A DNA stretch of 64,000 bases from Pseudomonadota bacterium (GTDB lineage: Bacteria; Pseudomonadota; Gammaproteobacteria; Steroidobacterales; Woeseiaceae). The position numbers and the translations under genes were made by a program. Shown here piece after piece: positions 9,762 through 20,258 of the stretch. The notes under the pieces were generated by a model. It saw nothing but the letters and a program-made list of their open reading frames with translations, did not search any database and was not told where the DNA came from. How positions within the stretch are numbered: the first letter of the stretch is position 1; the number at the start of each line of letters is the position of its first letter. The stretch lies in contig JBCAZE010000003.1 of the NCBI GenBank assembly GCA_039700805.1, forward strand, positions 1,552 through 65,551. Reading direction: 5' to 3'.

Positions 9762-10853
9762 TCACTGCTCCCAGCCGAGCTCCCGCGCAACACGCTGCGT
9801 GAGACGCACGGCGCGCGAATCCCGACCATAATTGCGTTTCATCGCGAGAATGGCCTGGGAGGTCCGGCGACGTTGGCGACGGCAATGATCATTGCGTGCG
9901 ATCGACATGGTCGCGTCAATGGTCATATCAACACCGCGGCACAAAGACGCGCCGGCATGCCAAGCGGCAACGTCTTTTGCCATCCATTGCGGTTGTTCAG
10001 CGATGCGGCGATTGAGCCGCTCAACGAAGACCGGCCGATCCGCAAAGCAAGGATGCAATCCCGCGTACGCCGCTAGACTGCGATCTTCTTCGTAAGCGCA
10101 GATGGTCGCGACGGTCTTTTCCTCGGTAATGCCCTGATAGTCACGTCGTGCTGTTTGCTGTCGACTTGCGGTGAAGACAAATTGTGTATGTTCGGCATTC
10201 GCTGATTCCCACGGCATCAGAACACCTGCTGCGGCCAGTGAGTCCAGAAAACGTTGCTCGTCGTAAGGCTGATTGGTGTAGATGAGCACCTGCTCTTGAC
10301 CGCGACGTTCTCCGGACTGCCCAGCAATGGGCTCCAACACTGGCCCGCCCGTGACGTACCCGATCACGCCGGTGGCCAATACCAATAGCGGCGATAACAC
10401 CGTAATCGACCATGCAGCAATCGGCGCTCGACTCAAGCCAATGGTCAGCACACCAAGCCAAAAGGCATCCGTCAAAACGAACAGCAAGAATGGGTTTTTG
10501 GAGAACCGAATGGCTGAACCGGCAGGCGCATAATCGGTGAAAAGAACAGCATTCAGACGTTCGGCATCGACCATGGCAGCGAGCGCACCCAATGCGACGG
10601 CAAACGCAAGTATGGCAACCCATCGAGCGAGCACCGTACCGTCGCGCGCCATCAAATACATCGCGAGAAACACGGCAAAACTTGGTACGTGCAGAACGCC
10701 GCCGGAGACGGGTAGCGGCAGTAAGTAATCAAACAACGCAGACCCGGAACCCCAAACACCGCGACAACCGGCGGCGCCAGCAATCAAGGCAGGCGTGAGC
10801 CATACGACGATCGCGATCAGCAGCACCTTGGTTTTACGCGCGTTCCAGTTCAT
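9762..10853 (-). CDS. Hypothetical membrane protein (N-terminal multi-TM half, soluble C-terminal half)
   Basis: Long ORF with hydrophobic segments. No family recognised. Confidence 0.55.
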   Translation of the reverse strand: MNWNARKTKVLLIAIVVWLTPALIAGAAGCRGVWGSGSALFDYLLPLPVSGGVLHVPSFAVFLAMYLMARDGTVLARWVAILAFAVALGALAAMVDAERLNAVLFTDYAPAGSAIRFSKNPFLLFVLTDAFWLGVLTIGLSRAPIAAWSITVLSPLLVLATGVIGYVTGGPVLEPIAGQSGERRGQEQVLIYTNQPYDEQRFLDSLAAAGVLMPWESANAEHTQFVFTASRQQTARRDYQGITEEKTVATICAYEEDRSLAAYAGLHPCFADRPVFVERLNRRIAEQPQWMAKDVAAWHAGASLCRGVDMTIDATMSIARNDHCRRQRRRTSQAILAMKRNYGRDSRAVRLTQRVARELGWEQ

Positions 10854-10985
10854 GCCGCTAATGTACCGATAGCGGGGAGCCCATGAACAGCAACGGGTTC
10901 ACAATCCTGCGACCTTGGATAGTGCTGCGACGATGCCGCATTCTGTTACGATTTCGGTGAAGAACAAGACAGAAGGCGCTGAAGG

Positions 10986-11411
10986 ATGCTGATCAAGCAG
11001 CTCATAATCGGTTCGTCCATGGTGCTGGTCACTGCCAGCCTTCACGTCGTCGCCTTGTTTTTCCTTGCCGTCAGATCACGTCGTATGTTGATCGATTCAA
11101 CCTGGTCTGAAAACTATCTAAAACGGCTCGTCATTCTCTCGTTACTCGTTCTCGCCGTGGTTGCGATTCACTCCGTGGGTGTTTGGCTGTGGGCATTTTT
11201 CTATCTGGCAATCGGTGAGTTTTCTGAGTTTGGCCGCGCGCTATATTTTTCAGCAACCACAATTACGACGCTCGGCTACGGCGATATCACGCTATCTCCC
11301 GACTGGCAGTTGACCAGCACCTTCGAGGCATTAAGCGGGCTCATCCTAATCGGTGTCAGCACCGCCTTCATGTTCGAGATGATGCGCCATGTCTTGGACG
11401 ATGCGACTTGA
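10986..11411 (+). CDS. Small two-TM potassium channel
   Basis: Selectivity filter TTLGYGD within SATTITTLGYGDITL, flanked by TM helices. Confidence 0.8.
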   Translation: MLIKQLIIGSSMVLVTASLHVVALFFLAVRSRRMLIDSTWSENYLKRLVILSLLVLAVVAIHSVGVWLWAFFYLAIGEFSEFGRALYFSATTITTLGYGDITLSPDWQLTSTFEALSGLILIGVSTAFMFEMMRHVLDDAT

Positions 11412-11461
11412 GGCCGACAACGATCAACACGATGTTGGTTGCAACGAACAACAGTGTCGCG

Positions 11462-12469
11462 CTAGTTGTTAGCGCCAAGACCTTTGAACACTGTTTTACC
11501 GATGACACGCCCCGTTTCCTGCTGCAGATGTGCCATCTGCAATCCTTCGACTGTCAGCGCGCCAGCGAATTGAGTCGCGGTGCTCTTTACGGCACCACTG
11601 TCGACTAATTGCGAAACCGTCGACAACAGCTGATGCTGACTCGCCATATCGTGCGTATCAAACATCGGGCGCGCGAACATGAACTCCCAACACAACGCCA
11701 ACGATTTTGGTTTCATCGACAGAATGTCGATCGCTTTCGGGTCGTCGATCAACGCGATACGTCCCCGCGGGGCGATCACATCGACGATGCTCGGCATATG
11801 TTGATCAGAAGCGGTCAACGAGGCAACGAAGGAGGGGACGAGCGATAAGTCTTTCAGTTGCGCAACGATCGACGCGTGGTGATCAATGACGTGATGGGCG
11901 CCCATCGACTTCGCCCAGTCTTTGGTTTCCGGCCTCGATGCCGTACCGACCACAGTCATATGCGTCAGCGCACGCGCGATCTGTACGAGCGCTGATCCGA
12001 CGCCGCCGGCTGCACCGGTGATCAACAACACGCCTTCGGACTCACCCGCCGAGGAGACACCGAGAGAATCGAATAACAGCTCCCATGCCGTGATGACCGT
12101 CAGCGGCAATGCTGCCGCTTCCTCAAATGACAAAGCGGTGGGCATTGGTCCGACGATACGTTCATCAACCAGATGGCGTTCACAATTGGTACCTTGTCGC
12201 GTGATATCGCCGGCGTAAAACACACGGTCGCCGACACTGAAATTCACGACCTCGGCACCGACGGCCTCGACGATACCCGCCGCATCGTAACCAAGCACAT
12301 GCCGCTCGAAGGCGGCCGGCCGCGCTGCCCGAATCTTGGTGTCCACTGGATTGACCGAGACTGCATGTACGGACACCAGGAGATCACGGGGACCCGGCGT
12401 TGGCTCGGGCAGCTCAAATTCCTCGAGCACCTCAGGTGAACCGGGTTGGCGGTATCCAATCGCACGCAT
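11462..12469 (-). CDS. Zinc-type/MDR quinone oxidoreductase-alcohol dehydrogenase family protein
   Basis: MRAIGY..PGSPEVLE..ELPEP.PGP.DLLV.V.AVSVNPVDTKIR and the Rossmann motif ITGAAGGVGS. Confidence 0.85.
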   Translation of the reverse strand: MRAIGYRQPGSPEVLEEFELPEPTPGPRDLLVSVHAVSVNPVDTKIRAARPAAFERHVLGYDAAGIVEAVGAEVVNFSVGDRVFYAGDITRQGTNCERHLVDERIVGPMPTALSFEEAAALPLTVITAWELLFDSLGVSSAGESEGVLLITGAAGGVGSALVQIARALTHMTVVGTASRPETKDWAKSMGAHHVIDHHASIVAQLKDLSLVPSFVASLTASDQHMPSIVDVIAPRGRIALIDDPKAIDILSMKPKSLALCWEFMFARPMFDTHDMASQHQLLSTVSQLVDSGAVKSTATQFAGALTVEGLQMAHLQQETGRVIGKTVFKGLGANN

Positions 12470-12540
12470 CGCACGCTCCTGTGGGGGCTTGTTAGAAAGC
12501 CGTAGTGTAACTGACGTTCATCACACCCTATGCATGGGCC

Positions 12541-12570
12541 AAAAGAAAAACCCCGGCAGCGCCGGGGTCT
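12541..12570 (-). terminator. Rho-independent terminator of the TonB-dependent receptor gene
   Basis: Minus strand reads ACCCCGGCgctGCCGGGGT followed by TTTTTCTTTT. About 40 nt downstream of the stop at 12609. Confidence 0.65.
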
Positions 12571-12608
12571 TTGGGGGGGTGCGGGAATTCCTTTCCCGAC
12601 AATGGAAC

Positions 12609-14750
12609 TCAGAATTGGAATGTGGCTGTCAGACGCGCGTTGATGGGCTCGCCCGTCGAGATGTTGTCGTTGCTATGCGCATCCGGGAAATAGTCTTCAT
12701 CCAAGAGATTCTCGATGTTGAGCTGCAACATCAATCGATCGGTGGCCTGATAAAAGGTCGCCGCATCGACACGTGTAAAAGAAGGAACCTCGACGGCGTT
12801 GTCTTCCCTAACGAAGAACGCGTCCTGGTAAGTGGCGCCAATACCGAAGCCAAGTCGCTCGTTAATTTGGAAATTGTTCCAGATCGAGAACATGTTATCG
12901 GGCGTCTGACGCGTCTTGTTGCCGTCGTTACCGCTGCCGTCAGCGCGCTGCACTTCGCCATCCAAGGTTGCAAGCCCCGTGACGATCGACCAACGCGGGG
13001 TGATTTGTCCTGTCAATTGCAGCTCGACACCAGGCGTAGTCGAGCCCTCGATGATGATGACCTGTTCCGGGTCCTCGGGATCAACCGACGTAAAGCTCTC
13101 ACGATCCAGTTCGAATACCGCGGCCGTCAAACTGAGATCCGGACGAATATCCCACTTCAAGCCGATCTCGCGATTTTCGAAAAACTGCGCGCGCGTGCTC
13201 TCACTATCAAGGTTCAGTGTTAGGAATTGATCGCCAGAGCGAGGTAAGAACGTCTCGGAGTAGCTCGCGTAGACCGAAATGTTTTCTGCTGGTTTGTAGA
13301 TAAACCCTAAGCGCGGTGTGACCTCAGAGTCTTTGCGCGAAAAATTGCCATCAATCGCATCGCCATCGTTTTGCTCGATCCGGTCGAGCACATCGATATC
13401 GAACACGTCATACCGTAAACCGGCGATTAACTTGAACGAATCCGTGAGGTTGATCTGATCCTGCAAATACAACGATGTAAAGCTGACATCCGAGTCTCGA
13501 TTGCGTACCTCGTTGGAATACGCAAAAGCTGGAATGACCAACGGATCAGAGAAAGGCAACACGAGCTGGTCGTCTCCGTTGTCGGCAAATACGTTGTCGA
13601 ACCGAGCGTTGCTCGTTTCTTGTTGCCCGACTTCCGCGCCGATCAGCATCGTGTGTCCAAACCGACCCGTCGTGAACTCCGTGACAAGATTACCTTGAGC
13701 GATGAAATTGGAGCGCTCCGTGGTATCGCGATAGCCATCAAGCTCAACCGAATCGAAGACACCATTGGTCACGAGGACCGAATCACTGGGGTAGAGGTTT
13801 TGGTAAAGTTTGTCGTAGTCCGCGTATTGAACCGTCACGTTGCCACGCAGTTTGTCAGAGAATGCGTGATCCACACGCGCTCGGAGCAAATGCGCTTCGA
13901 GCGTTGTGAAGTTCTGGTCCGGAGCACCGAAGAAGGTATCTTCGAAGCCTTCCAGTGGCACGTCAGCACCACCGTCGACTATCCGAGATGGTACGCCACG
14001 ATCGACAACCCGATCATCGTTTAAATATTCATAAGAGAATGTTGCACTCGTGTCTGGAGAAAGCTCGACTTTCAAGGTCGGATTGATCGCGTACGTCGTG
14101 CCATCGAAAAAGTCGCGATGATTGTCGAGTCCTTGATAGAACGCATTGACTCGGAGGGCCGAGTTATCGGAGGTCGCGATGTTGCTGTCCAGCGTGGCAA
14201 TGTAGGCGCCAAAGGAGTCGGCACTGACGCTGGTGGTATTGAACATGTCGCCGATGATGGCTTGTTTCTGAACGCGATTGATAACACCGCCGCCACCCCC
14301 ACGACCGAACAATAAGGCATTTGCGCCGCGCAGGATCTCGACTTGCTGCACGTTGTAGAGCGGGCGGTAGTACTGCACATCATCGCGCACACCATCGACG
14401 AAGAAATCCGCCGTGGTTTGTATACCGCGAATAATAATCGCATCACGATGGCCTTCACCTTGACTGATCGACAAACCCGGCGTGTAGCGAAGTACATCAC
14501 CGAAATTCTGGAATGCCTGATCGCTGATTTGATCAGCGGTCAAAATCGACAGACTTTGCGGTACGTCGACGATCGGCGTTGGCGTCTTCACCGAGTTGAT
14601 CTTATCGATCGAGAGGTAGCGTCCTTCAACGACGATTTCGTCGATATCGTTTCCGTCTTGTTGGGCGGATGCTGCAGCAGAGAGCGACAGCGCGGCGACC
14701 GAAACCACGATACGGCGTAAGCCGGTGCGGTCCGTAAAAACAGTCTTCAT
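12609..14750 (-). CDS. TonB-dependent (siderophore-type) outer-membrane receptor
   Basis: Signal peptide. TonB box/plug IDEIVVEGRY and RGIQTTADFFVDGVRD. C-terminal ...RLTATFQF. Confidence 0.9.
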   Translation of the reverse strand: MKTVFTDRTGLRRIVVSVAALSLSAAASAQQDGNDIDEIVVEGRYLSIDKINSVKTPTPIVDVPQSLSILTADQISDQAFQNFGDVLRYTPGLSISQGEGHRDAIIIRGIQTTADFFVDGVRDDVQYYRPLYNVQQVEILRGANALLFGRGGGGGVINRVQKQAIIGDMFNTTSVSADSFGAYIATLDSNIATSDNSALRVNAFYQGLDNHRDFFDGTTYAINPTLKVELSPDTSATFSYEYLNDDRVVDRGVPSRIVDGGADVPLEGFEDTFFGAPDQNFTTLEAHLLRARVDHAFSDKLRGNVTVQYADYDKLYQNLYPSDSVLVTNGVFDSVELDGYRDTTERSNFIAQGNLVTEFTTGRFGHTMLIGAEVGQQETSNARFDNVFADNGDDQLVLPFSDPLVIPAFAYSNEVRNRDSDVSFTSLYLQDQINLTDSFKLIAGLRYDVFDIDVLDRIEQNDGDAIDGNFSRKDSEVTPRLGFIYKPAENISVYASYSETFLPRSGDQFLTLNLDSESTRAQFFENREIGLKWDIRPDLSLTAAVFELDRESFTSVDPEDPEQVIIIEGSTTPGVELQLTGQITPRWSIVTGLATLDGEVQRADGSGNDGNKTRQTPDNMFSIWNNFQINERLGFGIGATYQDAFFVREDNAVEVPSFTRVDAATFYQATDRLMLQLNIENLLDEDYFPDAHSNDNISTGEPINARLTATFQF

Positions 14751-14784
14751 TGTTGGTTAGTTCCAAAGGTAGGTTGATGCGGAC

Positions 14785-14815
14785 GATAACGTAAATGAGA
14801 TTGATTCGCAATAAC
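14785..14815. promoter_or_regulatory. Candidate Fur box upstream of the receptor gene (weak)
   Basis: GATAACGTAAATGAGATTGATTCGCAATAAC. The hexamers GTAAAT/GAGATT/ATTCGC match about 12 of 18 positions of GATAAT-GATAAT-c-ATTATC. Confidence 0.3.
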
Positions 14816-14951
14816 GTTTGACCTGTTTTTCAAGAAAACTCAACAGTCTTGCTGTCATTGGTAGTTGACACACCGGCAATCGCCCTGGAATCCGCTCACG
14901 GCCGAATCTCGCGAGTATCCGAATACGCTGGTTTGGCGGTAGACTGATGCT

Positions 14952-15479
14952 ATGGAAATGCGCAAAACCACATTGTTGTTTTTGGCCGTCTCTTTTGGCG
15001 TGGCCGCATGCAACGCAGCACAGCAGTCTACCGATACAGAGGCTTCCGCCGAATCGCTCCGGCCCCCGACAAACGGTCCCGCCGTCGGTCCGTCGATTGC
15101 AAACACGGGCGCATATGCGACCGCCATGTGCTATTTGTTGTCGAATGACGTGACGACCGCCGGATTCCGGCTTACGGCCGCAGGGCAGGCACCTTCCGGC
15201 GTCTTTATTGTTGAGACAGCAGACGCGAAACAAGGCACGGCGAGCAAGACGATCACGACACTCGCCAACGGCGAACCTAGCCCCGGCGGCATAGTGACGT
15301 TTGATGCCGCCACCGATACCGACAACGGCATCATGACTGGGCGTCATCGATGGTCGTTCAATTTAAGGTCAGCGACCTTTCTTGGTGATGTAGATCAAGC
15401 CATCGAGCAATCGATGACATTGCAGCGCCTGAACTGCGGCGCTCTAGAGCGCTCGATGGACTTTTCTATTACACGCTGA
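14952..15479 (+). CDS. Hypothetical lipoprotein
   Basis: Lipobox LAVSFGVAAC-N after a basic N-terminus. Divergent from the receptor gene. The antisense ORF 14757-15347 is R/C/G-rich and is rejected. Confidence 0.6.
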   Translation: MEMRKTTLLFLAVSFGVAACNAAQQSTDTEASAESLRPPTNGPAVGPSIANTGAYATAMCYLLSNDVTTAGFRLTAAGQAPSGVFIVETADAKQGTASKTITTLANGEPSPGGIVTFDAATDTDNGIMTGRHRWSFNLRSATFLGDVDQAIEQSMTLQRLNCGALERSMDFSITR

Positions 15480-17066
15480 CTAGCGTTCAGCGAGGCGCGC
15501 AGGTCGCGGATCGGCTGATGCGACCATCGATACGCAACATCCCGCTTTTGGCGTCTCCTTCAATGTGAAGAAGAACGTCGTACCCTCACCTAGTGTCGAC
15601 TCAAGCCAGATTTCTCCACCATGCCGTTCGACGATCTTCTTGACGATCGTCATGCCAACGCCGGTCCCGCCGCCATAGGCGCTTTCATGATGAAGGCGCC
15701 CAAAAATCTTGAACACTTTGTGATGTGATCGCGGATGGATACCGATGCCGTTGTCTCGAACAAAGAAAACCGGTGGCATGTGCTCACAGTGTTCTTCTGT
15801 GTCCACCACACCGATTTCAACCCGCTTACGAACAGACTCGTTGTAGTTGAGCGCATTGGCAATGAGATTACGAAACAGCACGCGCATGCTGACCTTATCG
15901 ACATAGACCATCGGCATGTCTTGCTGAACAACAATATCCGCTGCCTCCGCGTCGGGTAACAAGGCAACGGCAGACCAAACGGCCGCCTCTAGATTCACCA
16001 CTTCCGGTTGATCCTCGGATGAAGAGACGCGTGAGAATTCGAGGAGGTTCGAGACCATCGTCTCGCTACGCTCGGCAAGACGCGCAATCTTTGTCAACGC
16101 CTCCGCCAGTTTCGGATCGAGGGTCGACAGATCAAAGTCTTCCTGAATGAACTGCAAAAGACTGCCAATCCCCCGTAACGGTTGACGCAAATCGTGTGCG
16201 GCAATGTGTGCAAAGTCATCCAGTTGCTCATGCGACCGTCTTAGGTTGCGATCCGCTTCCTTACGCTCGGTGATGTCGTCGATGGAACCGGCGACGCGAT
16301 GAATCTTGTTGTTAGGACCGCGTTGACCTTGTCCACGCAAATGCACCCAGCTAAACGTGCCATCATCGCGTCGTAGCCGAATCTCTTCGTCATAGAAGAC
16401 GTGCGCTGGATCATGCGAGCGCGCACGCTTTGTCAGCCCGGCAAGATCGTCCGGGTGCACTCTGTCGATGAAATCGGCTAGTGAAGGAACAAAGCCTTGT
16501 TGTTCGATACGCAAGATTTGTCGGACGCGATCCGACCAAAACATATCTCCTGACTCACGATTCCAATCCCAAATTCCAACAGATGAGCCCGCTACAGCCA
16601 ACGAATAGCGCGCCTCACTGTCTGCCAACGCTTTACGGTCAGACAAGATATCGGTGATATCCCTTGCGATACCGGCGATGTACTCGGTGCCTTCCGCCGT
16701 TTGAAAACGGATCTTTCGGGTCTGGAGCGTACGACGCTCACCAAACGGCATATCGATGGTCTCGACGGTATTGGATTCACCATGCTCGAAAGCCAAACGG
16801 TCAAACTCAAGAAAGGCCGCGGCCTCCTTCTCAGAGTATTGTTCAACTGTTGTGTGACCAATGACGTTCTGTTGCTGCTCCGGCGGGTAAAGATCGAGAA
16901 AGGCTTGGTTACCCAGCACAATTCGGTAGTCCCTGTCCTTAACGAAAAAGACATCAGGGATACTTCTCACGACAAGCGCCAAAAACTCAGGTGAGTTCAA
17001 CAACGTTTCGTGCATCGTTTGCACACTGTGAGCTAGCAGCTCGCCAGGCTGATTTCGATCTGCCAT
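15480..17066 (-). CDS. Cytoplasmic PAS-PAS sensor histidine kinase
   Basis: Two PAS-like regions. H-box AHDLRQPLRGI. HATPase G-boxes DNGIGI and GGTGVGMTIVKKIVERHGGEIW. Confidence 0.85.
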   Translation of the reverse strand: MADRNQPGELLAHSVQTMHETLLNSPEFLALVVRSIPDVFFVKDRDYRIVLGNQAFLDLYPPEQQQNVIGHTTVEQYSEKEAAAFLEFDRLAFEHGESNTVETIDMPFGERRTLQTRKIRFQTAEGTEYIAGIARDITDILSDRKALADSEARYSLAVAGSSVGIWDWNRESGDMFWSDRVRQILRIEQQGFVPSLADFIDRVHPDDLAGLTKRARSHDPAHVFYDEEIRLRRDDGTFSWVHLRGQGQRGPNNKIHRVAGSIDDITERKEADRNLRRSHEQLDDFAHIAAHDLRQPLRGIGSLLQFIQEDFDLSTLDPKLAEALTKIARLAERSETMVSNLLEFSRVSSSEDQPEVVNLEAAVWSAVALLPDAEAADIVVQQDMPMVYVDKVSMRVLFRNLIANALNYNESVRKRVEIGVVDTEEHCEHMPPVFFVRDNGIGIHPRSHHKVFKIFGRLHHESAYGGGTGVGMTIVKKIVERHGGEIWLESTLGEGTTFFFTLKETPKAGCCVSMVASADPRPARLAER

Positions 17067-17193
17067 TTAGCCCCGCCCCGAAACGGAACGCCTTTCTCCA
17101 CGACCCCTTTTAGAGCGGCCAGAACAACCAGGCCTTTAACGCCGAGATTATGACGAGTCGTCGAGTAATATCGATCTTTTGTCTGCAGCAGGC

Positions 17194-17224
17194 AAAAAAA
17201 AACGCCCGCGAAACGGGCGTTTTT
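17194..17224 (-). terminator. Rho-independent terminator of acnB (bidirectional architecture)
   Basis: A9-CGCCCG-cgaaa-CGGGCG-T4. On the minus strand the hairpin is followed by a run of nine T. Confidence 0.8.
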
Positions 17225-17244
17225 GATTGGAGACAGCGTCAACG

Positions 17245-20007
17245 CTAGGGTCGCGGTGGCGCGTACTTCGTAAGGTCTATACCTTGCACCGCCGCTTTGT
17301 ACTCCTCGAGTTCCGGTGTGCGACCGAGAATCGTCGACAAGACGACAACCGGTGTCGATGCCAGCAATGACTCACCCTTCTTCTCGTCTGAGTCTTCAAC
17401 GACACGGCCCTGGAACAAGCGCGTGGACGTCGCCATAACGGTGTCACCCTTTTCCGCTTTTTCCTGGTTGCCCATGCACAAGTTACAACCGGGTCTCTCG
17501 AGATACATCATATTCTCGTAAGCAACACGTGCGGCGTTCTTTGGCGCAGCATCGTCAAACTCGAATCCAGAGTATTTCTGCAAGACGGCCCAATCACCTT
17601 CGGCCTTGAGCTCATCAACAATGTTGTAGGTCGGCGGCGCGACAACCAGCGGAGCCTTAAACTCGATGCTGCCATTTTGTGCCTCAAGGTTTTGTAGCAT
17701 TTGCGAGATGATCTTCATATCGCCTTTGTGCACCATGCACGAGCCGACAAAACCAAGGTCGACTTTCTTAGTGCCTTCGTAATGTGAGATCGGACGAATC
17801 GTATCGTGCGTGTAGCGCTTGGACACATCATCATTGTTCACGTCGGGATCTGCAATCATCGGCTCGACGATCTGATCAAGATCGACCACAAACTCAGCAG
17901 AGTACTTGGCATCTGCATCAGGACGAAGCGCAGGATTTGCACCTGAACGAATTTCTGCAATCCGTCTGTCGGCGATGTCGATCAAGCCTTGCAATACGCC
18001 TTTCGCGTTGTCCATGCCCTTCTCGATCATGATGTTGATACGAGATTTAGCGATCTTCAGTGACTGGATGAGCGTCTCATCCTCAGAGATACATATCGAT
18101 GCCTTCGCCTTCATCTCGGCTGTCCAATCGGTGAACGTGAACGCTTGGTCAGAGAGCAAGGTGCCAATATGCACCTCAATAATCTTGCCCTGGAAAACGT
18201 TCTCGCCGAATTCTTTCAGCATCTGTGCTTGCGTCGCATGGACAACATCTCGAAAGTCCATGTGCTCTTTCAACGTACCTTTGAAAGTGACCTTGACCGA
18301 CTCGGGAATCGGCATGGTCGCCTCACCGGTCGCCAGTGCCAACGCAACCGTACCGGAATCCGCACCAAACGCGACGCCTTTCGACATCCGCGTATGCGAA
18401 TCGCCGCCGATAATCACGGCCCAGTCATCAACAGTGATGTCGTTCAGGACCTTATGGATCACATCGGTCATCGCGTGATATTCGCCGTTGGGGTCCCGCG
18501 CTGTGATCAGTCCGAACTTGTTCATGAAGCTCATCAATTTCGGAATGTTGGTCTGCGCTTTTCGATCCCATACCGAAGCGGTATGGCAACCGGATTGATA
18601 CGCGCCGTCGACGGTCGGCGATATGACTGTCGCCGCCATCATTTCGAGCTCCTGCGATGTCATCAAACCGGTCGTATCCTGGGAGCCCACGATGTTCACT
18701 TTGACGCGCACGTCCGAGCCCGCGTGCAGTTTCTTGCCAGGTGTCACACCGACCGCATTGCGGTTGAAGATCTTCTCAACAGCCGTCAAACCCTGCCCCT
18801 CGTGCGAGATCTCTTTTGACGATGCATAAACGGCTGGCACGTCGATACCGAGAACGCCTGCCGCGAAAGTCTGAAGTTTTTTGCCGAATACGACCGCGTA
18901 GGATCCGCCTGCTTTGATGAACTCGAGCTTCTGGGGCGTCAGCGCAGCAGAGATGTCAGTGAGCGTTTCACTACGGTCTGCACTTAACAGCTTCTTCGTT
19001 TTCAGATTGATCGTCAAAACGGTGCCGGTATCGACCGCGTAGACTTGCTCTAACTCTGGCTCGCCGTCTTCGTCGAGTACCGTATTGCCATCGGCGTCGA
19101 GCTTTTTCACCCAATTGTCGAGATCAATACCGATACCCCCGGTGACGCCAACCGTTGTTAGGAAGATCGGAGAGATGCCGTTGGTGCCCCCAACGATCGG
19201 CGCGATGTTGATGAACGGTACGTAGGGACTCGCCTGCTTGCCGGTCCACAGCGCCACGTTGTTCACACCGGACATTCGCGACGAACCGACGCCCATCGTG
19301 CCTTTCTCCGCGACCAACATGACTTGTTTGTCGGGATGTTGCGCCTGAAGACTCTTGATCTCTTCTTGTGCTTGTTCGGAAATGAGGCATTTGCCATGTA
19401 ATTCGCGATCCGATCGCGAATGCGCCTGATTGCCAGGCGAGAGTAGGTCAGTGGATACGTCACCAATCGCCGCCACATAGGTCACGACCTGAATCTCTTC
19501 ATCAACATCAGGAAGCTCCGTGAAGAACTCCGCCTTCGCGTAACTCTCGATCAGTGACTTCGCGATCGGGTGACCGCTCTGATACGCCGCTTCGAGTCGA
19601 TCGGTATCCGCCTCGTACAAGAACACTTGGGTCTTAAGTACAACGGCGGCTTGCCGCGCGATGGACTGATCATCACCCAGCGCGAGATCTAACAGCGCCT
19701 CTACTGACGGCCCGCCTTTCATATGCGACAGCAGCTCGAAGGCAAACGCCTGGGAAATCTCGGGTACCGATTCCTCTCCAAGGATTATCGCTTTTAGAAA
19801 CCTTGCCTTTTCACCAGCAGCACTCGTCGTACCCGGCAGCGTGTTGTAAATGAAGAAATTCAGTGAGTCTTCGCGATGCGGGTTCGATCCATCACGAATC
19901 TGCGCAATAAGCTCAGCAACAAGTGCAGCGTCTTCGATTGGCTTGGCGTGCAGGCCTTGTGTTTTGCGGCTTTCAATTTCCGCAAGATAGTCTTGATACA
20001 AACTCAT
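17245..20007 (-). CDS. acnB: Aconitate hydratase B / 2-methylisocitrate dehydratase
   Basis: AcnB-type N-terminal HEAT-like domain (MSLYQDYLAEIESRK..GL.AKP). Colinear by eye with the E. coli AcnB sequence recalled from memory, through the swivel and catalytic domains. Product is 920 aa. Confidence 0.9.
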   Translation of the reverse strand: MSLYQDYLAEIESRKTQGLHAKPIEDAALVAELIAQIRDGSNPHREDSLNFFIYNTLPGTTSAAGEKARFLKAIILGEESVPEISQAFAFELLSHMKGGPSVEALLDLALGDDQSIARQAAVVLKTQVFLYEADTDRLEAAYQSGHPIAKSLIESYAKAEFFTELPDVDEEIQVVTYVAAIGDVSTDLLSPGNQAHSRSDRELHGKCLISEQAQEEIKSLQAQHPDKQVMLVAEKGTMGVGSSRMSGVNNVALWTGKQASPYVPFINIAPIVGGTNGISPIFLTTVGVTGGIGIDLDNWVKKLDADGNTVLDEDGEPELEQVYAVDTGTVLTINLKTKKLLSADRSETLTDISAALTPQKLEFIKAGGSYAVVFGKKLQTFAAGVLGIDVPAVYASSKEISHEGQGLTAVEKIFNRNAVGVTPGKKLHAGSDVRVKVNIVGSQDTTGLMTSQELEMMAATVISPTVDGAYQSGCHTASVWDRKAQTNIPKLMSFMNKFGLITARDPNGEYHAMTDVIHKVLNDITVDDWAVIIGGDSHTRMSKGVAFGADSGTVALALATGEATMPIPESVKVTFKGTLKEHMDFRDVVHATQAQMLKEFGENVFQGKIIEVHIGTLLSDQAFTFTDWTAEMKAKASICISEDETLIQSLKIAKSRINIMIEKGMDNAKGVLQGLIDIADRRIAEIRSGANPALRPDADAKYSAEFVVDLDQIVEPMIADPDVNNDDVSKRYTHDTIRPISHYEGTKKVDLGFVGSCMVHKGDMKIISQMLQNLEAQNGSIEFKAPLVVAPPTYNIVDELKAEGDWAVLQKYSGFEFDDAAPKNAARVAYENMMYLERPGCNLCMGNQEKAEKGDTVMATSTRLFQGRVVEDSDEKKGESLLASTPVVVLSTILGRTPELEEYKAAVQGIDLTKYAPPRP

Positions 20008-20258
20008 AAATAGCCCCGATATATGTGTTGAGCCCGAGATAACCGTTTGATTTGTAATGGGTCACAGTATTGCTGCGCACCATACCGCATTGCAGCCGAG
20101 ACAAAACTCTGTCGCTTCAGTTGTCCGGCTCTCAGGAAAATCTGCGCGCATATTATAGCAAGGCGCGACTGCCTTAAGGCGACTACCCGCGCCGCGAATA
20201 GACACTATTGATGCAAGAAATAGACGTCCAGGGTGAACGACTCGTCGTATCAATACGT

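Noticed and set aside
12336-13223. 295-aa plus-strand ORF
   Set aside because: It is antisense to the end of the MDR oxidoreductase gene and the TonB-dependent receptor gene, both of which have strong family motifs. Its composition is typical of a shadow ORF.
14757-15347. 196-aa minus-strand ORF overlapping the lipoprotein gene
   Set aside because: Its translation is Arg/Cys/Gly-rich with no motif. The plus-strand ORF has a canonical lipoprotein signal.
17245-20007. AcnB is 920 aa, longer than the ~865-aa E. coli enzyme, raising the possibility of a fusion or novel domain
   Set aside because: The extra length looks like dispersed insertions. One example is the ~25 aa around NWVKKLDADGNTVLDEDGEPELEQ in the swivel region. 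The protein is otherwise colinear with AcnB, and no separate domain is evident.
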